This document shows, piece after piece, positions 1 through 8,790 of a DNA stretch of 42,278 nt. The position numbers and the translations under genes were made by a program. The notes under the pieces are model-generated. The model was not told where the DNA came from. It saw only the letters and a program-made list of their open reading frames with translations, and did not search any database. Each line of letters opens with the position of its first letter. Position 1 is the first letter of the stretch. This DNA is from Candidatus Woesearchaeota archaeon (GTDB lineage Archaea > Nanobdellota > Nanobdellia > Woesearchaeales > UBA10216), in assembly GCA_016188145.1 (NCBI GenBank), contig JACPIJ010000068.1:1-42278 (forward strand). The letters are read 5' to 3'.

Positions 1-2
1 AG

Positions 3-233
3 AAAAGGTACACCAAGAGGGTTGTCAGTGAGGAAGTAAACACGCTGCTTGAAGGCAGGTTCGGGGTTTTGGATGATTCGATAGGGACAGGCTCTTCAAC
101 TCAGAGGGGCAAGCCAGAATCAGCGCTGCCGAAGTTACTGCCTGATGAACTGGTGAAAAGCCTTGACCCAAAGAACCCGGCCTATTCAATGCTTATGGAG
201 GCAGTGAAAAGCTACAATGGGGAGAGGCGGTGA
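3..233 (+). CDS. 3' end of a hypothetical protein truncated by the window edge
   Basis: Frame 3 is open from base 3 (KRYTKRVVSEEV...YNGERR) to TGA at 231-233; same strand as the downstream operon. Confidence 0.6.
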   Translation, partial: KRYTKRVVSEEVNTLLEGRFGVLDDSIGTGSSTQRGKPESALPKLLPDELVKSLDPKNPAYSMLMEAVKSYNGERR

Positions 234-254
234 GCCAAGATTACACTTGACAGC

Positions 255-1109
255 TTGGCACGGGAAGCCGTGCAGTACTTGGACAAGGGCATTCTGCCTT
301 TGAAGGTAGAGGCGATAGACGCATTCCTTGGCAGAGCTGAAAGAACACACCGCAGTGCTACACGATTTAACCCAACTTTGCCATTTACATACCATGACGA
401 GCATGGAGTTAGCCATAAAGTTCAGCCAGAGTACGGATACGGCTGCAATCAATTCCCTGACGAAAGGGTAAGGCAGCTGTACGGGGCTGACGTAAGCTGG
501 GTGCCTGTTGTCGGACTGAATCCTAAAGAGAGGCACATAGCTCAACTTCCCATAACTGTTTATGGCACATGCCTGTACATAATGGATCATGATCATTGGA
601 ACAACCTTGCGCCTTTATCAATAATGTTCACGCCACGTAATCATCCACTTAGTAGTAAGTTCATTTCACACGAAAGAGTTCACGGCGTGAGAGACAGACC
701 TTTCCTCTCAGATGATGGTCTTCTTCACACCGAATTTTATGCGTATGCGGCATGTGGCAATGTTGCGAGCATACTTTTTGGCGCTGATGCCCTTGGACAC
801 CAGCTTAACCTAAACCCAGGCATTTTGACTTTAGGGGCACAAATCATGTCGCAAAGCCTCCGAAGTGTGCTGGCCTATTTTGATTTCAAAAAAACGCTGA
901 AAAATGCCGAAATGGCGCTGAGTGAAGAATTTGGCACCCGAGGAGCGCGGTACGTTATTGGAAGGGCGTCTTTTGGGGAAGCAAAGGAGATTGCAGGATG
1001 CAAAAACAGCAGGGGACTGGAAGAGCTGCTGCAGAATAAGGCAGGCGATGGGGCAGGCGATGGTTTACGATGGGAGCTTCTCCAACAAAAATTGGAGGCG
1101 GTGGACTGA
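255..1109 (+). CDS. Putative zinc metallopeptidase (HExxH)
   Basis: 284-aa ORF with ISHERVHG and a downstream Glu (HTEFYAY), a gluzincin-like spacing; TTG start is uncertain. Confidence 0.55.
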   Translation: MAREAVQYLDKGILPLKVEAIDAFLGRAERTHRSATRFNPTLPFTYHDEHGVSHKVQPEYGYGCNQFPDERVRQLYGADVSWVPVVGLNPKERHIAQLPITVYGTCLYIMDHDHWNNLAPLSIMFTPRNHPLSSKFISHERVHGVRDRPFLSDDGLLHTEFYAYAACGNVASILFGADALGHQLNLNPGILTLGAQIMSQSLRSVLAYFDFKKTLKNAEMALSEEFGTRGARYVIGRASFGEAKEIAGCKNSRGLEELLQNKAGDGAGDGLRWELLQQKLEAVD

Positions 1110-1110
1110 A

Positions 1111-1923
1111 ATGGTTAATGAACATAATGGGGGCGGCGGTTATGATCCCTCTTTTGGCGGCGGTGTTGGCCCGGGCGGTATTCCTTTCGGTGATGATTCT
1201 AGGGATTCAGGCGGCAGCGATGATCCTGGCGGCGATGGCGGTCAGGGCGACTATGATCCCGGACAGCATAGTCAGGATAGCGGTGGCTGGCCTAGCTGGC
1301 TTGGCTGGTGGCCAGCCTTCCTAAGTTTACTTGTCACCGAAGATAAAGGCAATCAGGGAAAAAGGGAAGGAGCATCGAGCAGCGGCGGTCCGAGGCGAAG
1401 AGGATTTTACAGCGGCCACATGAGTTACGGCAGAGTTCATGTTGATTCTGGCGATTTGGAATACGCGATTGACGAGTCTTACAGAGGTGTCGGCGCAGTT
1501 ACGCTGAAGACGATTTCAAACGGCATCACTCTGGCCTTGTCAGATGACGGGAAAGTGTATGTGAGCGGATTCATAAGTCGTGAGCCTGAAATCAGGGCAG
1601 GCCGCCTGTTCATTGATGGCTTACGGGGAATCCTGAAATTGCCTAAAAACAAGGAAAGCCTCACGCTTGAAGCCAATCTCACCTCTGGAGATGTCCGTGG
1701 CGCTATCGCTCACAGCGGCAGAATCGCTACAGTATCTGGCGGCATTAATCTGGAGTTGTATGCGCCACTTGCACTTGAGGCAAGTGTTGTCAATGGCGAA
1801 GTTTCTGTTATAGGAATGATGTCTGAAGGCAGGGGCGTCTACAGCCCGCCTAATGCGCAACCGAAGGGAAAACTTTCTCTTCAAACTACATCTGGCGACA
1901 TTAACGTGAGGTATATGCTATAA
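1111..1923 (+). CDS. Gly/Asp-rich N-terminus plus DUF4097-like (Toastrack) beta-repeat domain protein
   Basis: ATG at 1111 just after the upstream stop, with GGAGG nearby; repeated TxSGDI/TVSGGI-type motifs; C-terminal half is paralogous to the C-terminus of 3545-4801. Confidence 0.6.
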   Translation: MVNEHNGGGGYDPSFGGGVGPGGIPFGDDSRDSGGSDDPGGDGGQGDYDPGQHSQDSGGWPSWLGWWPAFLSLLVTEDKGNQGKREGASSSGGPRRRGFYSGHMSYGRVHVDSGDLEYAIDESYRGVGAVTLKTISNGITLALSDDGKVYVSGFISREPEIRAGRLFIDGLRGILKLPKNKESLTLEANLTSGDVRGAIAHSGRIATVSGGINLELYAPLALEASVVNGEVSVIGMMSEGRGVYSPPNAQPKGKLSLQTTSGDINVRYML

Positions 1924-1934
1924 GGTGAAATGAA

Positions 1935-3539
1935 ATGAACATTTTAAGCAAGCTGCCGATTGGAATGGGAAATCAAAGGTACGAGCCGAACTTTCACGTG
2001 GAAGTGAGAGGACTTGACAGGATTGTTGAGAAGGCTGTTTCAGGCTTAGAAGCCGGCTCAGAAGGTGAGTACAGTCTGGGAAGGGCAGCAATGGCCCAGT
2101 CTCCAGTGCAGGAAGTCGGGGTAGTGCTGAAGCCCTCAAAGAGTGGGGTTTACGGTTATGCGGTTAATGCTTCAAAGAAGCTTATGACGCAAGTTACGGG
2201 CTTTGTTCCCTCTTACACCTTGGAAGCAGTTATAGACGTTGATGGCAGCAGGCCATACCTACATGCCGACCTGAAAGCGTTAGAAGAAGCAGGCTTCCGT
2301 GTTGTTGGCAACAGAAAAAGTGACGCTCTCCTTCACATTTTCAATGACAAACTTTTTGGGGGAGGTAGGCATGCGGAATATTCTGCAAAACCGCAAAGTG
2401 CAACGCTCACATATTCAGCCAAGGCAGAAAACCATACCACAGAAGAAGTAGGCAGGGCGATAACAGGCTTTGCCCAACTGCTTGAGCTCATAGTCAATGG
2501 CGCCTACAAGGCAGCAGGAAAAAGCCCCCCTGACACAACGCTCAACTTCGAGCTTGGCGAAAAAATCAGCAGGGTAAAGGGGCAGAAAATCCAGCCAGTC
2601 AGCAGCCAAAATGGCGGGCACAGCGATGCATACGCTAAGAAGGCTGACGGAGCTGACGAAGATAACTTTACCCAGGCTTTGCAGCCAGCAAAAAGCGATG
2701 TAACGTTCAAAGACATTGGCGGCTACCGAAATGTAAAGGGGCAGCTTAGTGATTTCCTTCTTGCAATAAAAAACCCGCAGGAAGCCAGGAGGCAAGGCTA
2801 CACGCCATCAAAAGGCATTCTGCTGCATGGACCGCCCGGGACAGGCAAAACGTTGTTTGGCAAAGCGCTGGCGGGTGAGTTAGGAACAGAGTTCATCTAC
2901 TACAACGCCTCTGACATGCTGCAGAAGTATGTGGGGGACTCTCCAAAGGCGCTGAAAGCAGCTTTTGAGGGAGCGCAGCAGATAGCCGACAAGACAAAAA
3001 AACCCGTCATCCTGTTTATTGACGAGATTGACTCGGCATTCCCGCAAAGGGGAACTGCCCATGACGTTAAGATCGATCTAGTCAACCTCTTCAACCAATA
3101 TATGGACGGCTTTGAAAGCAGGAGGATTCCGAACGTGTGGGTAGTCGGAGCAACCAACAGGCTACGTGAAATGGACGAAAGCGCAACCCGCGCAGGGCGA
3201 TTCGAAAAGATTGAAGTTCCGCTTCCTGACCTGGAAGCAAGGACAGCCATATTCCAAGTTACGAAGGACTCCCTTCAAAGGGAAGCAGGAACGCAGCTGT
3301 TTGAGCCAGCGATAGACTACGCTACGCTGGCAAAGGCTGCTGAAAAATTCTCAGGGGCAGACATTGCTGATGTAATGAGGGAAGCAAGGCAAAAAGCATT
3401 CAGGCAGGCGGCAGTTTCCGGCCAAAAGAATGTTGTGCCTACAACAGCTGCACAGCTTGAAGAAGAAATAGCAGCTTACAAGCAGCAACAGAAGCGTGAC
3501 GGCAAAAGCAAAAATACACTTGGCTTCAAAAAGGACTGA
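1935..3539 (+). CDS. Classic-clade AAA+ ATPase (single module, Cdc48/PAN/FtsH-like) with an unrecognised N-terminal domain
   Basis: TFKDIGG, Walker A GPPGTGKT, pore loop KYVG, Walker B FIDEID, sensor ATNR, SRH RAGRF, FSGADI; C-terminal LGF. Confidence 0.9.
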   Translation: MNILSKLPIGMGNQRYEPNFHVEVRGLDRIVEKAVSGLEAGSEGEYSLGRAAMAQSPVQEVGVVLKPSKSGVYGYAVNASKKLMTQVTGFVPSYTLEAVIDVDGSRPYLHADLKALEEAGFRVVGNRKSDALLHIFNDKLFGGGRHAEYSAKPQSATLTYSAKAENHTTEEVGRAITGFAQLLELIVNGAYKAAGKSPPDTTLNFELGEKISRVKGQKIQPVSSQNGGHSDAYAKKADGADEDNFTQALQPAKSDVTFKDIGGYRNVKGQLSDFLLAIKNPQEARRQGYTPSKGILLHGPPGTGKTLFGKALAGELGTEFIYYNASDMLQKYVGDSPKALKAAFEGAQQIADKTKKPVILFIDEIDSAFPQRGTAHDVKIDLVNLFNQYMDGFESRRIPNVWVVGATNRLREMDESATRAGRFEKIEVPLPDLEARTAIFQVTKDSLQREAGTQLFEPAIDYATLAKAAEKFSGADIADVMREARQKAFRQAAVSGQKNVVPTTAAQLEEEIAAYKQQQKRDGKSKNTLGFKKD

Positions 3540-3544
3540 TAAAA

Positions 3545-4801
3545 ATGGCATTTGACCCAAGGCAGCAAAGGAAATTTGAAGAGCTTCAGGCAAGACTCCG
3601 GAAGAGCTACGGCAGCGGGAGTCTGTACGATGCGCTTGGGGTTAAGCCTGGCGCAACTGAGGATGAAATCACAAAGCGGTATAGGAAAATGGCGTTTGAA
3701 TTTCATCCTGACCGCAACAAGGCTCCAGATGCCGAGCAGAGGTTCAAGGACCTGCAGGCAATTAATAATATCTTATCAAAACCGGAAGAAAGGGCAAGCT
3801 ACGATGCGTGGCTTGCAACGGCAGGAGGGGCAGGAGCTGGCTCAACCGGGCAGCCTGGTGCCAAGCAATGGTCGCAGCATCACAGTAATCAGGGGGCTGG
3901 CGCTTTTGGAAGCAGCAGCCACAGCACTGGCAGCAGCGATAGCAGAAGCGGCGTTTATGTCAACGGCGTTGAGTTGCCGAAAGAGTTTGCCGGAAGACGG
4001 ACGGTTATCATAAACGGCGGGCGTCAGGTAATAATCTCCTATGGCGGAACAAAATATGCGGAGGTCAACGGCGGTGTTCATGTCCATGACATGCCTCCTG
4101 GCGGAAAGATAAAATTTGACGGCTTGACCATAGAATACCAAAGCTCTGGAAGCGGCAGCCAGCCTCATGTGAGGGTTTCCAAAGGCGGGATTTTCAGCAG
4201 GCAGGAGATTGTAACGAGCGGTGGTGGCGTAATCAACATAGGTAATGGCGGTTCTGTTGTTATGGGAGGAGTCCACAGTTCAGGAAGCTCTTGGCATGGT
4301 GGCGGCGGATTTTATGGAAGCGGCCTTGAAACAGAGATAAACCGGGCATACGATAACATCAGCGCAGTTTCTGTGACGCATGGCGATGGCGACATACGAT
4401 TCGGATTTTCCAAAGATAGAAGGGTGTATGTCAAAGGAAATGTTTCAGAGAAACCTCTGGTTTCTGATGGAAAGCTTGCAGTTGCCGGCCTGGATGGCAT
4501 CCTGGAACTTCTGCTGCCGAAAGAAAGGGAGCTAAACTTGTCAGTTCTTACGGGGGATGGCGCGTTACGCGGCGACATCGCTCACCAAGGCAGAATAGCA
4601 ACAGGCGATGGCCCAATCAGCCTTAACCTGCACTCGCCGCTTGAGCTGCAGCTGAGAACAGGATATGGCCTTGTTAACGTTTCAAACATGATAAGCAGGG
4701 GAGGAGGAATCTACTCGCCGCCAAACCAGAAAAGCACGGGAAAGCTTGAAGTGAAGACAGGAGACGGCAGCATAAGCATCAACTACGTTGGAAGGGCTTA
4801 G
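3545..4801 (+). CDS. J-domain protein fused to a DUF4097-like beta-repeat domain
   Basis: LYDALGV...YRKMAFEFHPDRN...R..YD with intact HPD; G/S-rich linker; TGDG repeats; no DnaJ zinc finger. Confidence 0.85.
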   Translation: MAFDPRQQRKFEELQARLRKSYGSGSLYDALGVKPGATEDEITKRYRKMAFEFHPDRNKAPDAEQRFKDLQAINNILSKPEERASYDAWLATAGGAGAGSTGQPGAKQWSQHHSNQGAGAFGSSSHSTGSSDSRSGVYVNGVELPKEFAGRRTVIINGGRQVIISYGGTKYAEVNGGVHVHDMPPGGKIKFDGLTIEYQSSGSGSQPHVRVSKGGIFSRQEIVTSGGGVINIGNGGSVVMGGVHSSGSSWHGGGGFYGSGLETEINRAYDNISAVSVTHGDGDIRFGFSKDRRVYVKGNVSEKPLVSDGKLAVAGLDGILELLLPKERELNLSVLTGDGALRGDIAHQGRIATGDGPISLNLHSPLELQLRTGYGLVNVSNMISRGGGIYSPPNQKSTGKLEVKTGDGSISINYVGRA

Positions 4802-4807
4802 ATAAAA

Positions 4808-6694
4808 ATGGGACAGGCAACCGCTGAAAACGCTGAAAAAACAAATGAGAAAACAGAAGCATCACCGCACATACTGGAAGAGCTGGTAAAGGCAGCCCCA
4901 GGAGCGGGCTTTGAAGAGAAAGAGCAGGCTTTGCATTCTACGCTGCTGCTGGCTTTTTACCGCGCAGCACAGGCTGTTGTTTCGAAAGAAGTAATAATTC
5001 CCATGTTCTTTGGAGTTAGTTACAATAATAATACCAGGCAGATTAAGTTCGTAAATCATGGGGGAACTGCGCCAGTGCAGAGCAAGGGCAGAACTGACGT
5101 AAACGGGCTTGACCTGATTATTTCTGCAACTTTAAGAGGTGGGATGCCCCTGCTTCTTGAAGGCGACACAGGAACAGGAAAGACGCTCATTACAGAGAAG
5201 TACTTGGCAACCATTCTTGAAAGGGAAAACTATGTCACGATGACCCTGAGCCAGAACCAGTTTGCAAACAACCCGCTGCAGCCGTTCACTAAGAAAGACC
5301 CTAACGACGTTACAAAGACGCATATTGACAAGGATGCGCTGCGAAGAATAGCTGCTCTGTTTGTTGACGAGCTCAACAGAGGGCAAACGCAAACCCTTCT
5401 CCAGTTGGCTTACGGAAGAATAAACGTTGGCGGGGAGTTTGACGAAGTGGCCATACCAGTTCCAGAACTAACCCCTAATGGCGTTGACTACTCCGAAAAA
5501 GGCAGGGTAAAGAAGCTTTTGTTCATAGGCGCCCAGAACCCTTCGCAGCAGAAGGACGCGACATTCACAGGCACTATGCAGCTCGACCCAGCCCTTTCAA
5601 ACAGGCTGCTGACTGTTGAGTTTCCGATTTTGACAAAAAGCGCTGGCGCCTCTATAATGGTGGTTGAAAGCGGCAACGGCTTGCATGACAAGTTTTTGGA
5701 AAGCGTTGCGCAGTATCTGGAAAAGTCTTTTGGCGCCAAGGTTGACAGGGACAGGCTCAAGGAGCAATGGCTGTCAACTTATGCATATGTTGCCGACCCA
5801 AAGAGGACTGACAAGGCTTTCTTGCGCTCCTCATTGGAGCTTGCTGACATGCTGGCAGTTGCCCTCGCAGGCGATGTAGCAAGCACATACGAGCAAGAAC
5901 AGAAAATGATTGCAAACTGGGACGCTTACATATCACACATATCACCGACCCTCAGGACAAATTTCTCGCTTGGCCAAACAAAGATAGACGCCACAGACGA
6001 GGCCGTGCAGCGCTTGGAAGAGGTGGTTGGAACGTTTGAAAAAACCGCAATGCCAAGGGACTTGATAAAGATAAAGAATGTAGCTGATATATTCTCAACC
6101 ATCAGAGGCATCAAAACAGCCTTCGCGGCACAAAACCCTGCACAAACTTACGTAAAAAAGTCTGGCTACGTGACTGTTGAAGACATTGCAGCTGCCTCAA
6201 CGCTTGTTGCCAAGAGCAAGCAGTTCAAGGCGACGGCAGACCCCATAATCATAGTGAACTCAATCCTTACAGAATATACTGCGCTGGCGGAAGAAGCTAC
6301 CGCAGGGATCACGGGCAGGCAGATACCGTTTGACAGCAATGACTACGAAGCAGGAATACTGAACTACACCTTCGGACACGCTTGGGAATCAGCAAGTAAC
6401 CATAAGGGCCTGGTGCAAAAACTAAGTGAATACGCTGTTATGCTGAAAAGCTTGCAAACAGGCACAGGAGCTAACGAGCTCAGGCGCTTAATAGTCGCAA
6501 GAACAGTTGGGGATTTGGCAACATTGAGCGGTTTCCTGATTGACAACGCAGCAGATGTTGACTCATTGCTTGGCAAGGCAAAAGGCGATGTCGGCGCAGC
6601 CTTTGCAGGACTAAAGCAAATGTACGAAGAACAGCGCGAAAACCCGCTGATGCCAGAAATTTACAAGCACAGGCTTGAGAAAATGCTTTCATGA
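4808..6694 (+). CDS. MoxR-like AAA+ ATPase
   Basis: PLLLEGDTGTGKT, FVDELNR, GAQNP and LDPALSNRL match MoxR-clade motifs; a VWA gene lies downstream. Confidence 0.85.
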   Translation: MGQATAENAEKTNEKTEASPHILEELVKAAPGAGFEEKEQALHSTLLLAFYRAAQAVVSKEVIIPMFFGVSYNNNTRQIKFVNHGGTAPVQSKGRTDVNGLDLIISATLRGGMPLLLEGDTGTGKTLITEKYLATILERENYVTMTLSQNQFANNPLQPFTKKDPNDVTKTHIDKDALRRIAALFVDELNRGQTQTLLQLAYGRINVGGEFDEVAIPVPELTPNGVDYSEKGRVKKLLFIGAQNPSQQKDATFTGTMQLDPALSNRLLTVEFPILTKSAGASIMVVESGNGLHDKFLESVAQYLEKSFGAKVDRDRLKEQWLSTYAYVADPKRTDKAFLRSSLELADMLAVALAGDVASTYEQEQKMIANWDAYISHISPTLRTNFSLGQTKIDATDEAVQRLEEVVGTFEKTAMPRDLIKIKNVADIFSTIRGIKTAFAAQNPAQTYVKKSGYVTVEDIAAASTLVAKSKQFKATADPIIIVNSILTEYTALAEEATAGITGRQIPFDSNDYEAGILNYTFGHAWESASNHKGLVQKLSEYAVMLKSLQTGTGANELRRLIVARTVGDLATLSGFLIDNAADVDSLLGKAKGDVGAAFAGLKQMYEEQRENPLMPEIYKHRLEKMLS

Positions 6695-7755
6695 TGGCGA
6701 ACAATATGGAACCTGGAAAATCTGGTGGCAGAAAAGATGAGGACGTTGGCACAGGAGGGCCAAGATTAGTTAGAGTTAGCAGAACAATAAGGCCGGATAA
6801 GAAAGGCTGGGAAAAAATACTGGGGAAAACGCCTGGCGAAGCCCATGCTCAAGGTGGAAATGATGCCGGGCAAGAAGGCCAGCCCAACGCTCCAGCGCAA
6901 GAACAGCCCTCCCCTTCCGAAGCATCGCCTTCAACTGCGCCAGCTGCGAATTTGGCAAACTTAACTAGGTCCAATTACCCCATCCAGTTCAGAACTGACG
7001 TAATAGAGCACCTTTACGAAATGCTGAAGGGCAAAGGGCTTCCGAACCTGCTAAGCATTCAAGCACTCTCGCAGCCTTTCCAGAACGTTGAAGAGCCGCT
7101 TGCGTATGCGCATGCAACGCTTCTTGAAAACATGTTCGGCCCAGAAGGCTTTGACATCACTAACTCAGCAGGAAAGTTCCCAACAGACGAGTATAGGTGC
7201 TTTTCCTCCCTTCAGGCTAACCCTGTCAGTTTAGCGAAGGTCAGAAATTACGTAACAGCCCTGTTAGGGCATGAAGCTCTTATGGAACTATCAGCCTCGC
7301 AAATAGCAGAAGCCGGGCTGGAATCAATGATTGAAATAGGAAGCCTGCCAAAATACTTTCCCAACTCGCGCGGCCTAAAATTCGCAGAAATGTTCAAAAG
7401 CCGTGTCTCGTGCAAAGAGCCCTTCAACTCAGCATACTTCATCGTAATGGAGATGCAGCCGCCAAGCACAAGGCTGCTAGTTGCCAAAGCACTTGAAGCC
7501 GCTTATGCAGACGGAAGCCTGGCAGCTCCTGCGCTGCAAACTTTTCCAACAGACACTTTTGATTACTTTTTTTTCTGCTTAAAGTTAACTCCAAGGGTGG
7601 AAAGAAGCCGAGCTTATCTTAAGATTCCTAACCAGGCCCTGCAAAGGGAAGCGCAAAAGCTTGGCGTCAATGATACGGCACCTCATGCTGCTGCTTATGA
7701 AAAAGCCTGGGGCAGCCTGGTTGAGAGGCTGCATGAAAAATTGATAGGTCTGTAA
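6691..7755 (+). CDS. Hypothetical protein, paralog A
   Basis: ATGA overlap with the MoxR stop; aligns by eye with 7769-8785 (HLYxxLKGKxLP, EEPxAYAHA, MQPPSTRLLVAKA). Confidence 0.8.
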   Translation: MMANNMEPGKSGGRKDEDVGTGGPRLVRVSRTIRPDKKGWEKILGKTPGEAHAQGGNDAGQEGQPNAPAQEQPSPSEASPSTAPAANLANLTRSNYPIQFRTDVIEHLYEMLKGKGLPNLLSIQALSQPFQNVEEPLAYAHATLLENMFGPEGFDITNSAGKFPTDEYRCFSSLQANPVSLAKVRNYVTALLGHEALMELSASQIAEAGLESMIEIGSLPKYFPNSRGLKFAEMFKSRVSCKEPFNSAYFIVMEMQPPSTRLLVAKALEAAYADGSLAAPALQTFPTDTFDYFFFCLKLTPRVERSRAYLKIPNQALQREAQKLGVNDTAPHAAAYEKAWGSLVERLHEKLIGL

Positions 7756-7768
7756 AGGAAAGGCGAGC

Positions 7769-8785
7769 ATGATGGCTGAGAGAACAATAAAACCGGACTG
7801 GGGAAAGGTGCTTGGGAAAGGTCCGCAACCTTTGAAAAAGCCGCAAGAGGCGGGGCAAGATGCTGGGCAGCAGGGGCAGCAGGCCCAAACTTTGCCAGCT
7901 ACGCATGAAGATGCAGTGACTGCTGCGGCTTCGGTGGCAACGGACTACCCGCTGCAATTAGTGATTGACGTGGCCTCGCACTTGTATAGCTTGCTGAAGG
8001 GTAAAAGCCTTCCAGCCCCACAAGCGGTTCAGGACATTGCGCAAGTTATCAAAACTTTTGAAGAGCCCACGGCTTACGCGCACGCAATCCTGCTGGTTGA
8101 AAAGTTAGGGATAGAAAGCTTTACCATAAGCAACAGCGTAGTTAAACTGCCAAATGATTTGCAAGATTCACAGCGAAAGAAAAAACAAAAGACGCCTTTG
8201 CAGGACTATTTTAGGGTAGTTTCCGGGACATTTGCAAATTCAGTCACAGCTGAAAAAGCCCGAGTATACGTGGCTGCGCTGTTTGGGCCAGACGCCCTTA
8301 ATGCGCATCCGGCTAATTACCTGGCACAAGCCAGCTTAGAAACTAAACTTGCGCTGTCAAGCCTGCCACAACTCCTTCCCCACATGCCAGAAACAGGTTT
8401 TCTGCAAATGTTCCAAAAGCCTCTGCACTCAGGGCCTTTTAACTCCGAATACTACATTGTCATGGCGATGCAGCCGCCAAGCACAAGGCTGCTAGTTGCC
8501 AAAGCGATTGAAGCCACTTCCGGAAGCCAAAATTTACCAGCGTCCCCGCCCGAGATTTTCCCGAATGACAAATTTGGCACGGATTACCTGCCTGTTGCAG
8601 AGAATAGACATTTTGACAATGAGTTCCATTCAAAAGTTTCATTAGACGCCCTAAAAAGTGAAGGGAAAAAGCTTGGTATAAAGGACACGAACAAACCTGT
8701 AGAAAGCTACCGTGCTGCGTGGGAAAAGTTACACTACCAATTTCAGACAGCACCTTACAGCTCACCAGTAGACATTCAAGGGTGA
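7769..8785 (+). CDS. Hypothetical protein, paralog B
   Basis: Tandem paralog of 6691-7755. Confidence 0.8.
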   Translation: MMAERTIKPDWGKVLGKGPQPLKKPQEAGQDAGQQGQQAQTLPATHEDAVTAAASVATDYPLQLVIDVASHLYSLLKGKSLPAPQAVQDIAQVIKTFEEPTAYAHAILLVEKLGIESFTISNSVVKLPNDLQDSQRKKKQKTPLQDYFRVVSGTFANSVTAEKARVYVAALFGPDALNAHPANYLAQASLETKLALSSLPQLLPHMPETGFLQMFQKPLHSGPFNSEYYIVMAMQPPSTRLLVAKAIEATSGSQNLPASPPEIFPNDKFGTDYLPVAENRHFDNEFHSKVSLDALKSEGKKLGIKDTNKPVESYRAAWEKLHYQFQTAPYSSPVDIQG

Positions 8786-8790
8786 AGCCG

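Noticed and set aside
922..1110. N-terminal extension of ORF 922-1923
   Set aside because: Overlaps the upstream gene; ATG 1111 has an RBS and fits operon spacing.
1935..3539. Naming the AAA ATPase PAN, Cdc48 or FtsH
   Set aside because: Single module, no evident PAN coiled-coil/HbYX tail, no TM or protease domain.
3537..3557. 21-nt repeat TGATAAAAATGGCATTTGACC, also at 11027-11047
   Set aside because: The GATAAAAATGG core also precedes the MoxR and histone genes, so it is mostly a common RBS-spacer-start context; too weak to call an element boundary.
7452..8505. Paralog pair as a diversity-generating retroelement TR/VR
   Set aside because: No reverse transcriptase in the window and no adenine-specific mismatch pattern.
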